Shown here one piece after another: positions 51,301 to 63,219 of a stretch of 64,000 nucleotides of DNA. The position numbers and the translations under genes are program-made. Source of the DNA: Azolla caroliniana. Lineage: Eukaryota; Plantae; Polypodiophyta. The first letter of the stretch is position 1. The number at the start of each line of letters is the position of its first letter. The notes under the pieces are model-generated. The model had not been told where the DNA came from and searched no databases. It saw only the letters and a list, made by a program, of their open reading frames with translations. The stretch spans positions 7,812,001 to 7,876,000 of the forward strand of contig JBHGNT010000016.1 in NCBI GenBank assembly GCA_043228905.1, given 5' to 3'.

Positions 51301-51893
51301 ACCCTCGTGCCGAGGATCATTTGGAGAGGCTACGCAAGATCCAGATGGATCTCTCTACTCACCTTCGTCATGCTCAACACACACAGAAGACTTATGCGGA
51401 TCGTCATCGGATTCTCTCCTCTTTTGCCATCGGAGATCGAGTATGGCTCTTACGTCGTCACATCAAGACTACTCGACCGTGCGACAAGTTGGATTATCGA
51501 CGACTCGGTCCTTTCCGTATTACGGGGAAGATTAATGATGTCACCTTCCGCCTTGATCTCCCTCCGCAGCTTCAGATACATCCGGTTTTCCATTGTTCTC
51601 TTCTTGAACCTTATAAAGCAAACACCATTCCCGATCGTGTGACACCACCGCCGCCCCCACTGGAGTTGGACGCCGGCCCGGAGTATGAAGTTGCTGCCAT
51701 CCTCGATTCCAAACTTGTTCGCAACAAACTCTATTACTTGGTCGATTGGCTCGGTTATAGTCCGAGCGAACGTACTTGGGAACCCGTCGAGAATGTTGCC
51801 AATGCACAAGATCTTCTTGCTGATTTCCACCGAAAGTATCCGGACAAACCCGGTCCGCAATTAGCGCTGACTCGTTCCACTCGTCGTCTTTAA
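48321..51893 (+). CDS. Pol (protease, RT, RNase H, integrase, chromodomain); no ATG, -1 frame to gag
   Basis: 1190-aa ORF with LLDSGA, KIDLRGAYNLVRI, YLDDLL, EADASDFALG, H..GH...C..C, GQAERTNQ, GPF, YEVAAILD...YLVDWLGY...TWEP. Confidence 0.97.
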   Translation: MSPAKIGAIWLDSSPRSVQPISGSIPSKQVSNVFLAQVIVSTKSTPPVPVLALLDSGANSCFMDRNFAQASQISLRKLPCPASVVVIDGRPIASGNIVEESEPIQVVLGSFVCIISFNIISSPEHPIVLGLPWLELHNPAIDWRTREVRYRPPQESTRRVSTISLHQLREEGPKEAMFLFSISVHPSSTIKKDSSVQLPAKYHPYADVFDKVKAGTLPHHRPYDCPIDLQPGTEPPWGPIYNLSPTELEVLRAYIEENLASGFIRHSKSPAGAPIFFVKKKDGSLRLVVDYRGLNKVTIRNRYALPLISSLLERVNGAKFFTKIDLRGAYNLVRIRPGDEWKTAFRTRYGHFEYTVMPFGLTNAPAVFQHMANDIFRDLLDICLIIYLDDLLIYSKTQEEHDSHVLLVLKRLRENGLYAKLEKCSFDCKQVEFLGYVISSKGIAMDPAKIQTVLEWQIPRSVRDVQCFLGFANFYRKFIQGYSKIILPLTQLTKKGQAFLWSIEADMAFRHLKKAFTSAPILAHVDTSKPFIMEADASDFALGSILSQQGDKEELHPVAFHSRKFDVAEINYEIHDKELLAIVDSFVQWRHFLEGSPHQVIVFSDHKNLAYFQNARVLNRRQARWAQFLTRFDFKITYRPGKQQGKADALSRRSYLAPRPGDATFDNQKQVILGPTRLHTTRIFHIPMDSRITDDIRATLKTDSFAQDILAHIDTSRASCSQSQQPGIDYRQFEYHDGLLFFKKRVYVPDCSCRLQIVQHCHDTHTAGHFGSTKTLELVQRSFWWPHMRRFVDDYVRTCDACCRAKMPRHHPYGLLEPLPIPSKPWQSICLDFITDLPVSKGFDAILTVVDRYTKMAHFVPCTKAITSEETAALVMREVFWHHGLPDSIISDRGPQFVSKFWQHLFKMLKVSCNLSSGYHPQTDGQAERTNQTLEQYLRCFLSYQQDDWAEILHFAEFAYNNAIHSSTRVSPFFAYTGFHPRWTVIDTPELLTNPRAEDHLERLRKIQMDLSTHLRHAQHTQKTYADRHRILSSFAIGDRVWLLRRHIKTTRPCDKLDYRRLGPFRITGKINDVTFRLDLPPQLQIHPVFHCSLLEPYKANTIPDRVTPPPPPLELDAGPEYEVAAILDSKLVRNKLYYLVDWLGYSPSERTWEPVENVANAQDLLADFHRKYPDKPGPQLALTRSTRRL

Positions 51894-54299
51894 GGGGGAG
51901 ATAGTGTCATGATATGGCAAGACTCGAACCCATGACCTTATGCTACATGGGTCGAGCTCTTACCATTAGACTATGAATTGTATGTTGTAAGATATTATTT
52001 TCATTTATACTTTATCATAGAAAATTGATGTATATTCCAGATCTCTCTGGAACATTCTAGAAGCTTCAGGATTATTCCTAAAAACACTATAAAAGAAGGC
52101 ACAAGGCATTGTTTTGAACCAAATTGGTTCAACACCAGTCTTAAGCCTCTTAATCGATTTGTACTTATCTTTCATATAATATAAGAGCTGCTGTCATCAT
52201 CCTATCTCTCTCTCTCTCCTCTTCTCACTTCCTCTCTCTCGGGAATCTTACGCAGTCCCGTCCTCTTAGTACTAATAGTACTACTCTTCTTAGTACTAAT
52301 TCCATCTCTGTTTTAGTACTATTCCTGACAGTATCATGCTCTCCCAATGCCACTACATCCTAAACCTTTTGTTCAAGTTCGGCATGACTGACCACAAGCC
52401 AATTTCAATTCCCCTCGATCGCAACCTAAAAGTACACGCGAACTCCGGCACACCATGTGAGCCGACTTAGTATCGGCAAATCGTAGAGAGTCTCATCTAT
52501 CTAACTATCACTCGACCCGACCTGAGCTATCCAGTCGACCTCCTTAATCAGTTTATGCAAACACCGTGTGACACACATTTGTATTGTTCTAAACGAGTCT
52601 TATGATACATTAGTGAAACCATGGATTGAGGAATCTTCTATAAGACAGGCGCGACAATTCGGCTAGAAGGATACACAGATGCCAATTTGGCCGGCAATGT
52701 ATCCGATTGACGGTTGACATCTAGCTTCGTCTTCTCACTTGGCAGCGAAGCCATCTCATGGAGTAGCAAGAAGCAACCGACAGTTGTGTTGTCCAGCACC
52801 AAAGCAGAATACAGGAGCACGCCCATAGCCACATGCGAAGCCATTTGGTTGAAGCGGCTACTAAAGGACCTCAATGAATCGGCCGACAAACCAATACGTA
52901 TCTACTACGATAATGAAAGTAGCATACAATTAGCTCGAAACCCGGTCTTCCATGCCCGAACAAAGCACATCGAGGTGCACTATCACTATGTTCGGGAGCG
53001 CATCATCACGGGAGACATTGATCTCCATCACGTTGGCACTGATCAACAGACGGCCGATATCTTCACCAAGGCCTTAGGAGTAGACAAGCTCCACCAGTTT
53101 TCACTAGCACTTGACCTTCGATCACTTAACCCTCCAAGTCTTCGTCGATGGCTTGAGGGGAAGGAACTTGAACCAAAAACTAACGGGATTCATCGTCTAT
53201 AATCGAATGTCGAACGCAAACGCCTCACACTTGAGCTTGAGGGGGCGTGTTGAGATATCAAGCTCAACTAGGTTTAGTTATTTTGGCATATGTGTAACTT
53301 AGTAGTTACATATTTTGGCTTGAGGGGAAGGAACTTGAACCAAAAACTGACGGGAGTCAACGTCTATAATCGAATGCCAAACGCAAATGCCTCACACTTG
53401 AGCTTGAGGGGGCATGTTGAGATATCAAGCTCAACTAGGTTTAGTTATTTTGGCATATGTGTAACTTAGTAGTTACATACATAGAATCTAGTTAGAGTGT
53501 TGACTTCATGGCCATAAATAGGATTTTCTACTTGTACTTAAGAATGGATACATTCTAGATCCTCCACTACCAAGTACATTTAATATAGGACTTACATCCT
53601 TGTACCTACATTCTCCTCACACATGTATATATACCTCATGATGGGTATTTTTGTATTTCGATGTCTTTTAATATAAGTGTTAATCATCCCCCATCTTGAC
53701 TTAGTGATTATAAGTGTTCTTTCTCCCTTCCTCTCATACTCTCACATACACACACACACATCACATAAACTTCCGCTACTTAATCACATATGTAATTAAC
53801 TATTCACATAATTAGATATTAATTAACCCTTAGTTAATTACCTAATTATTAACATGGACGATATAATTATCATGGGTAACAACGAAGGAGAAATTGCCCA
53901 ACTGAAGGTACAACTAGGTAAAGAGTTTGAGTTGAAGGATCTAGGATTACTACAATACTTTCTTGGAATTGAGGTAGCTCGTGGGGTAGAAGGAGTTGTT
54001 CTATCTCAGCAAAAATATGTATTAGATCTTCTCATAGAAACTAGAATGTTGGTTTGAAGGGATGTGGCTTCTCCAATTGACCCAAAGATTAAGTTAACTA
54101 AACTTGCAAGAGAGAAAGTTGATCGTGAAAGGTATCAAAGATTGGTAGGTCGGTTGATTGATTTGACTCATACTCGTCTAGATATTTCATTTACAATAAG
54201 TGTGGTAAGTCGCTACATGCATGATCCGAGGAAAGATCATTTGGATGTAGTGTACTAGATCATGAGATATCTCAAAGGGGCCCTAGGGAAGGGATTGAT

Positions 54300-54504
54300 T
54301 GTTACGGGCATGACCATATAATATCCTGTGGTGAGAATTTACAGTAGTATTCTATACACGTGGATAAGTGTGAGGGTTAAACGAGAGTGTAAACATGACC
54401 ATATAATATCCTATGGTGAGAATTTACCATAGTATTCTATACACGTGGATAAGTGTGAGGGTTAAATTCTCACCATAGGATATTATATGGTCATGCCTGT
54501 AACA
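54300..54504. mobile_element. 205-bp fold-back mini-element from chromovirus LTR U3 ends
   Basis: TGTTACGGGCATGACC...GGTCATGCCTGTAACA; TSD TTGAT. Confidence 0.92.
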
Positions 54505-54606
54505 TTGATCTTTAGAAAACATGGTCATTTTAACATTGAGGGCTATTGTGTTTCTAATTGGACTAGTTATGCTAATGATTGGAATTCCACATCAGGATAT
54601 TGCATG

Positions 54607-54785
54607 TGTTACGGGCATGACCATATAATATCCCGTGGTGAGAATTTACCGTAGTATTCTATACACGTGGATAAGAGTAATCCTCCCCTTCTTTACACTC
54701 TCGTTTAACCCTCACACTTATCCACGTGTATAGAATACTATGGTAAATTCTCACCACGGGATATTATATGGTCATGCCCGTAACA
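54607..54785. mobile_element. 179-bp fold-back mini-element from chromovirus LTR U3 ends
   Basis: TGTTACGGGCATGACC...GGTCATGCCCGTAACA; TSD GCATG. Confidence 0.92.
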
Positions 54786-57762
54786 GCATGTTTGTTGGGG
54801 CAATCTGGTCTCTTGGAAGAGTAAGAAATAGTCAGTGGTAGCAAGGTCAACAGTAGAAGCAGAGTATAGAGCTATTGTTGTAGGAGTTGCAGAGATGTTA
54901 TCGTGAGAACTCTCCTAGTAGAATTAAAGATTAATCAAGAAAATCAGATGAGGTTGTGGTGTGACAATAAGTTAGCAATCAGCATTGTCAACAATCCAGT
55001 ACAACATGATAGGACCAAGCACATCGAAATCAACATATTCTTTATCAAGGAGAAGCTTGATAGTGGGATACTAAACTCGAGTCATGTTTCTACTAAAGAT
55101 CAAGTAGCAAATTGTCTTACAAAGGGCCTTGGTCCAGTCAGTCTTTCTAGATTGTGTGACAAGATGGGCTTAGTTGATATCTTTCACCCATCTTGAGGGG
55201 GAGTGTTGAGAATGATTAAAGTTATAGCCAAACGGCTAGCCCAACGACCACATCTTGGCCTTTATAAAGAGGAACCTTCTCTTCCTGTAAAAATAAGCCA
55301 TCTCTGTATTTTCTCTCTTGTTGTGACATATATGTATATTCTTGAATAAATGTGTTTTCTCATTTTTCAATTAGAACTAATTAGAGACTAGAATCAATTT
55401 TATTATTAGGACTTAGTTGATTTACATGGAATTTCAATCAATGTGGATAATTGATTGCTTTATGTCCTAGACCATCGCAATACAAATTTTTCTTAAGATT
55501 ATTTCTTCTCATCATCAAACAAAGGTCCTCAACACGTGTCAGTTTGATCTTCATCATTGTGGGATCATTCATATGAATAGGGTGGGGAGGCTTGTGCTTG
55601 AGAAGGCCTTGCAGGTTGGGTTGATGTCACTAAACCATGGGTAAGCTCCAATTTAGCATGTGTTATTTGTTGACACTTGAGGACACCATTCAAAAACCCA
55701 ATTACCACATTATATTGCTTAAGTAATGCCCTCTATAAGGGATTTGGGAGCTTTGAAAAACATAAAGAAATACTTCACATCATTTTGTAGCTCATTCCCG
55801 AATTGGCCCATTAATGTTACTTCATCACAGGGATATAGTTTGCTAGAAACCGACAAAGTACCATATACATTGAGATTGGGCAATCTTCTTCTCACAAACT
55901 TTGAATGTTGTTGATTACAAGTCTTACACAATTTGCATCTCCAAAGATCCCTTGAAATTCATTAAATAAACTTTCAAAATATCAAGCAAACATGACTTTT
56001 GTTACAACAATAGTGAAAATCATGCTAGTGTCACTCTTGTCAACGAAATCCAACTAATGCAACAGGAACTACATTGGTTGGATATCGATTGCATTCATAT
56101 GAATCGTTAAATGCACTTGGTTTAGTAATTCTCAAGAGTGGGATCGAGTACCATCCAACTTTACTTACAAACTAATTTTCAGTAAGATTAAGTACATACA
56201 AATATTTTCAATTCTTTGAAGGAAGTTTGTTGTTGCAAAGATTGCAATGTTGCTTCAAGTTGATAAATTATGTTTGATAACTTGTCCTATTTTGCTTTTT
56301 CGTCATTGACTTCTTGTAAATCCCCATGTATCTTTGGTTCTCCTCTAGTACCATTGATTTATTTGTGAGGCACTCTAACTTAAGAGAACAAGCATAAACT
56401 CTTGCCTACTAACAACGTCCATGGTTATGAGAGAGCTCAATAAGATTCCCAAAAAGAAAGGAAGGGAGAAAGAAGGGAATTTTGGTTCAAACATACATGG
56501 GTGAAACCCAAAAACTATGAGGTTGAAAAAGAGAGAAGAAATGGAAAGTAAGGAATTCAAGGAATTTGTATTATGTACCAGGTCAAGATTTACAAGGATG
56601 CATTGAACTCTAGCATTGAAATGGAATGGTTCAATGAATATGATGCTTCTTTTGTGTATAGTATCATTTTGTGTGCATGGTTGTCACGTGTTCATGATAA
56701 ATGGTTGCCGCTTAGAAAAATGAAGTAAATTATTGAACACGAAATCCAAAAGATGCAAGAAGTGGTCATTGATAATTGATTAAATAGCAAACAAATTATT
56801 ATAATGTCCTATTTGTATGTCTAGTTTGGTAGTCACTTTGTGGATAATACCTCGACAAGAGTTTACAAGACATTCCGAAATTTCTTGACCAAGTATTTCT
56901 GAAATTTTGAGAGGAATTGTAGCCCCTTATCATTTATGACGCCATAGGTTTGAGACGCCCAAATACATATGATATTTTGTAATGTCATGACAATGTGGTA
57001 TCACTCATTCATAGTTCTTCCTTATTTCGGTTCACATGGCTACAATTGCCTAAGACAACCAGATCATTTGCTAGTGTAAATAACTTGATATACGACCTCG
57101 ATCTAGAATTTTTCTTATTACATGGTTTTCTTGTTGTCAATGAGTAATGGTACAACTTGTTCATTGGGGCTAGGTTGAGCCAACTTTTACATAGATCTTT
57201 AGTAGAATTGGTTTGAATGTCCTTATATAAACATTAATAATGACCCCTTTCATGCATTTAATAAGAAAAGCATCAAATCATGAAGACATAGTGCATCGGA
57301 ATAACCGAGCATTATTCTACTAATTTTGTAAAGGATTATCGGTGTTCCAAATTTCTCCAATTCATTGACAACAATTCTCATTACAATCTTACATTGCTTG
57401 GCAGAGGACAAAATTTTTAATGGAAGTCTTCCAACTTAGTGTCTTGGATTTTTAATCACGCATAATTGAGCATGCCACCGCTAAGTCTTTACCAATAATC
57501 ATTGTTTGTGCTTTTAACTAGTCACAAATATATCTTTACTAATAAAAAATTATTCTTGTGCTTTCATTACCACTAGTTTTGGTATGTTGGAGACATTATT
57601 GTGAGACATAAAGAAAAGCTAATAAAAAATTGTCATGTCAAGGTGCTATCAATAGTTTTGGTATGTTAAAGACATAAATACCATTGAATTGGAGGCATCT
57701 GCCTTGAAAGGATAATCAGTCTTCGTGAATGATTGGACAAATGGGATTTTCCTACATAATTC

Positions 57763-58329
57763 TGTTGTGAAATAGGTTCCTCAGGATGGGAAGGTGAGCA
57801 CGAGCCAGATCAGTTGGATCCGATGAAGAAGCGAGACCGGATCCAGACCTGGATGCGATCCAGAGAGGTGTCCAAAGAGGCATCGGGAAAAGGCCAAATT
57901 TGTAAATAGGTTTTGTTGCACCTATTTGGTCCAGAATTGTAAATAGCCCTAAAGTTGTATTAGTATAAATAAAACTAGGACAAATCATTGGAGATGATGA
58001 TGCATAGTTGTTGTTGGGTTGTCGCCTCTGTAACTAACCGAGAGAGAGACAGAGATAGTGGTTTTAGAACTCTGTTGTAACCGTCTGTTAGACGAAGACG
58101 AGCTCATGGTTTTTGCCTTAGTTTCCTGTGTATATTCCTCTCACCATAGTGATATAGTTCGGAGTTTGTGAACTCCCGTGGTTTTCCCCATTCAAGGGTT
58201 TCCACGTTAAATCTTGTGTCCCTGTATTCTTTGTCTATCCATCTTCTGTGATTTTTGTGATTAAAATCTTTGCACACGTGACAACCAGTTGTGGCCAATA
58301 GTATCCTCTTCAAATTGATCCTAGTAACA
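57763..58329 (+). mobile_element. Solo copia-type LTR
   Basis: TGTTGTG...GTAACA, imperfect TSD AATTC/AGTTC; 5' end and CCCGTGGTTTT...GGGTTTCCACGTTAAATC motif shared with 33355 and 32543. Confidence 0.7.
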
Positions 58330-59689
58330 AGTTCTGTGTGGAAATTATTAATATGACTTCTTTTGTACAGCAATAAATAATTAAGGTTATATGACCATCA
58401 TATTAAGCAAAACACAAGCCATGAATATAAGACACAAATGGACTATCACAAAACACATGAGATGAAGTACGATATATTTTTGAGTAATTTTACTCTATTT
58501 CATATTTGTATCTGTGGTTTTACAACCTCATGAATTTTGAAAGCACTTCATTGTAGTAATGTTTTGTACGTACCCTTGATTTCCTATTTGAGAGTTTTGA
58601 CGATATCGCACAAGTCATTGTACATAGTAGCAAAAAGAATAGGAAGAATGTCATCAAGCAACATGCATTAGAAATTTCATATCCATGTCCAATCATTAAA
58701 TGGTGGGCACTCCTACATATAAATCCGTGGCTGGTCACCCCTCTATACATTTCGTGTTAACCATCAGTACAATAGTTCCTTGCATAAAACTGCATGTTAT
58801 TATATCAAATCAATTAAAATTGTTGTGTTGCCAAACTCCAAAGCAAGCTATGGCCGATGACTAGACTTGCCTAATCTGGATTTAATTTTCATTTAGCCAT
58901 AGCAAAGCAAAGCAGAGCATAAGGGTGTTAGAATAATCAAAAGAGCCTTATCACATATATGATGTATGCCAGGTTATCAGGAATCAAGCATATAAATGGT
59001 GATTTTCTTCATGATCAATGGAGGATTGCTAAAACAGACCACAAATTAACATGGTGATGTGCACAACAAGAAAATTGCAGAATCATGATAGTGATTAATT
59101 CATTATAAATCTATTATATAAATGGATTCTCTCAAACAAACATCGAAAACACTTGATTTTGTCATGTAAACATGCGTGCATCACAAAGAGATGAAGAGAA
59201 CCCGAAGTAATGAGATATCAATATGGTATATATCGGACCATGATGACCCAAAAGTGCCAAGTCTGACAATGAAGAGGACAGCTAACACATGCATGTTTCC
59301 TTATCACTACAAAGTCATAATGCTCTCTATTGGAGCAGCCTCACAAAAAAGGTTGTTGATAAAGATGTCAATGTTTGTTCACATATAAATATTCACGCAG
59401 GCTTCAAAAACATAATCAAGATGAAGAGTGACACTAAACAAATTCATGTATTGTTAAGGGCTGAGGGTCCAAAGAAGGACATACAATGAGATCAATTATG
59501 TAAGGATTTTTTTTCCCCTTGCCCCATTTAATCAGAGACAAATTTTGCCCCATAAATTTTTTATCTTAAAAGAGTTTCCATAATACTGCTTTCGTTAGTA
59601 CTTCTACAAATACATTCAAGTGTAAACAAGATAAAAAAATGAAATTTCAATCATAAAATACATTTGAGTACAGATGGGAGGAATGGAGC

Positions 59690-62600
59690 TTAGAGTAGAC
59701 CAGCCTTTATCAACCTATCTCGCGTCAAGGTTTCATCCACAAGATCAAAAGTCCTTTTTATAATGTTTTGGTCAAGGGCAGTTGTCTTGTAAATATGGAA
59801 CACTCTACTCACATTGCTTGAAGGGGTATTTTTATCATAGATTTCTTGGAATTTCTTTTTAATGAACCTGAAAAGAAAACCAAAGGATCTCTTAATTGGG
59901 GAACTGATAAGGAACAGTTGGTACAAGTACTTTCTTCCCGATTAGTTATTTAGCATGTACTGTCAATGATGGGTGAAAGACATACTCATATGCATGATCA
60001 ACCTCTTGACTGGGGGATACAGAAGGCTCGTAATCTTTAAACCATTCACACACTGATAAAGGGACCTTCCTTGCTTTTTGTTCAAATAAGTCAAACTTGT
60101 TGAGGAACAACAAAAACGATGTATTCTGAAAGTGGGAAAGAAAAACACAAAAAAACTCAAAATTATGAAGAATTAATACTCTCCATTATATGTCTTGTTT
60201 CTTGAGGCTCTGACGATTTCCCAAAAAAAGTTAAAAGAACACCTTATTCATACCTCAAACCATTTTTGTTGTAATATCCAATCAAATAGTTCCTTTGTTT
60301 CCATCATCCGATTCTTTGTGTTTTCCTCGACAAGTGTCTGATCATATCTGAGCAAACAAATTCAAAAAAAGGTAAGAGTTCTCTGTTGAAAAGCACATTT
60401 TTTTACTTAAGTTTATGATAGGTCATGAGTTCAACTCACGATCCTGCAATAAAATAAGATACATGTTCTCTATTGAAAGGTACATTTTTCTACTTGGGAT
60501 AATAAAATGCGACGAGTTCAAAACCAGGCCCCACAATAAAATAAGATGTAAAATAAGATGCACTCACTCACTCAGGGATGCACAAAAGATTACTGCTGTA
60601 ACACCATCAAACAAATGTATCCATTTCCGGCGCTCATTACGCTGTCCTCCAACATCAAATAGCCTATATTCCTCAGTTTTATTATTACTGTAAAATTGTC
60701 ATTTGAAGAAATCAATATATCAGCATTTGTTCGCACGAACCTCTTTAGAGAATACTATATTTCAGAAGCCTAATTAGAAAAAGTCATAAAATAACCAGTA
60801 ACATATTTAGCATGGTGAAGAATGTTTTATTCCTTTATTAATTAGAATAATCAGACTTTCTTATAAAAACAATATTTGACCTTCTTAAATACAATCACAT
60901 TTGTGCTTAGCAAGATAAGTATCCTATTTACGTATATAAGTAATACTTGTTTGGGAACTGATTACCGGTTTGGCATGTATCATATTTTACAAGAATCAAA
61001 CATAAAACACATTATTAATCACCTGAAATCTAACTCAACAACGCCTGTTGTTTGTTGCCTGGCATAAAGAATATCTTCCTGTGAAAGTTTCAGATGAACA
61101 TTTTGAGCACTCGCATGAAATGTATAAGTTTAAGATCCAACCACAACTGTTCATCGCATGTTGGCAGTTCCAAAAGTAGTATGCTAAAAAAGACTATGTA
61201 TTATCAGGATGCACTCTCTTATAAGCCGACCAAGGAAAGAACTGGAGCATTTCAACCACCTTAAGTCCAAATAAAATGATGCATGGGGACTACAAATCCT
61301 AAAGCAATTGCCCATTTTTAATCACAAAGAGACTTATATTCTGACTAACCCAAAGGTTATGAAATTAAACTGCACAATATAGAAATGGCATTTAAATCAC
61401 CATATTGTTGAATGAACAAATTCCAAATATTGATTACCACAGTACCTGATATATTGCATTAGTTTCACCAGGTAAATATGGCATGACATCACTTTATTTT
61501 TTAACCATGAAATTCTATGGATCAAATAAAATTATTATTTCCTAGGCTACTAAATTTCAACTATTTTTTAATACATCGATCAAAAATTAACTTTCATTGA
61601 TATGGTCAGATCAATTTAAGTCATTATGATTATTGATTTGAGCTACCAAGTAATGTTGAATATTTTGAGGTGAATATGTAGAAAACTCGATACCGATAAC
61701 AATAAATTTTCTGATAATGACAAATGCAAATAAGATTATCATTTTCATCGATCCATTATGAAATAAAAGGGAAACTGTGATCAGACATGAAAGATTGAAA
61801 CTCTCATTATCACAACATTTTTCCTAGGTATTTTCACTCCCACCATTTCCCCCAATTAAACTGGTCCATCTGGGTAATTTCTGAGATGATTGGTAAGAGA
61901 AGTGCCAAGAAAGCCAACTTACCTGAGATGGTGTATAATCAGATTCTGCCAACCTTAAGACATTTTCCAAAAAGAAAGATGTGCAATCTGGAAGTTGCAA
62001 TTCACTTCCTCTCGCATATCCTACCTGTATAGGGAATTGGTGAGATTATAATTCAGCAAACATTGATAACTTTACATCTAACACATGAACTTGTACTTGG
62101 ATGGCAGGATCTCTCCAGAAACTTTGCACTTTGATAGCAATTTCCTCATTCAAAGCAGGAAATCCATCAGAGTCTTCGATTTCCAAAAGCATCTCTCCAA
62201 ATGCCTAAATGTGTTTCCAAAAAAGAACATTTTATTTTCTTTTACCTTTTAACATGTTTTCAAGAAATAAATGTAAATCATCTATTTTGTCAAATATAAT
62301 CTGAATAACATGAGATGAAGAGAGATATTAGGGACAAGTTTTCACATCATTGACAATTTAATGATTTCAACTATATAGTACATCAGCCTCCAGCAGATAG
62401 ACAAATTTATAATATGCATTAAATGATTTAAATTGCAGCATATGATAAAAAGAGATACTAGGGACAAGTTTTCACGTTAGTTTAGAACTTAATGGTTTCA
62501 ATTCAATGGCAACATCATCCTCCTAGCACAAAGAGAATTTCATTATTTCTGTGTTACCAAGACTTTTCTTCTCAAATATTCTAATAAATAATCTGGTAAG

Positions 62601-63219
62601 TCTCAAAGTTTAAGAAGTGGAAATATGGAGCCTAAGATGTACAATATTTCTACATAATATTCTAAAGGTGTTTTTAGTAGCACAAATTAAGTCCATATAT
62701 TGCTACTAGCTCAAGATTCTAGATTCACAATGAGGTTATTCATTTGCATTGAGCTCAGCACAAAGATTAAACTTTGCAGTTAAATCTTGATGATAAACCT
62801 GATTTTCAGGTTGCAATTGATATTTAGCTGAGCCTTCTCCATCAGCCTCAGCAAATTGTTTACATCCACTGAACAATATCTGAAATATTGTCATTGATAT
62901 ACTTGTCAGAATATTTATTCACATTTTTCTATAAACAAGGATAGTACATGGTAAATAAATAAAGACTGAGAAGAATGACGATATGGGTTTTCATACTCTT
63001 ATTGATTGATAAACATTGGCGTGGATAACAGGCACATAGCTCTTTCGCTCGATATCATTAAATCCTGTTTTGTATAAAACTTTGATCTACAAAAGCAAAC
63101 AGTATAATAGAGGATAAAAGATGATTAAACAAGCAAAAAAAAAAAAAAAAGCATATGATAGACAAAGGAACATGATATCACCTGCTTCAAAATAGTAGAC
63201 TTGCCAGATTCTCCAGCAC
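59690..63219 (-). CDS. GPA1: Heterotrimeric G-protein alpha subunit, 5'-partial; exons 63182-63219, 62997-63086, 62799-62879, 62097-62204, 61923-62024, 61023-61078, 60568-60687, 60254-60347, 59986-60125, 59690-59867
   Basis: All introns GT-AG and phase-compatible; G1 GAGESGKS, G2 YARQQTTG, G3 [17 protein letters not shown]4 FLNKFD, G5 TTALD, plant-type C-terminus ...KAGLL*. Confidence 0.95.

Larger units (their letters stand above)
46675..52330 (+). mobile_element. Intact young chromovirus (Tf1/sushi/Tcn1-like Ty3/gypsy); LTRs 46675-47100 and 51905-52330, TSD GTATC
   Basis: 426-bp LTRs with only 2 differences that I could see; PPT AAGGGGGAGATAG; uninterrupted gag and pol. Confidence 0.98.
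41873..53854 (+). mobile_element. Decayed copia host element: partial 5' LTR 41873-42971, PBS 42972, gag-pol ~43140-53200, 3' LTR 53415-53854; carries three nested insertions
   Basis: Both LTRs end ...TTAATTACCTAATTATTAACA; PBS (C)GGTATCAAAG; HSDVWGP, QMDVKNAFL, IYVDDL, ISWSSKKQ; PPT TTGAGGGGG. Confidence 0.88.
53855..55370 (+). mobile_element. Copia 3' remnant (RT from VDD, RNase H, PPT, short LTR from 55204)
   Basis: DDIIIMGN, LKDLG.L.YFLGIEV, NPVQHDRTKHIEI; CTTGAGGGGGAG|TGTTGAG; LTR right end uncertain. Confidence 0.85.

Noticed and set aside
55380-57760. Possible decayed DNA-transposon or gene remnant (short ORFs such as 55719-55931)
   Set aside because: No recognisable motif, TIR or splice pattern that I can support.
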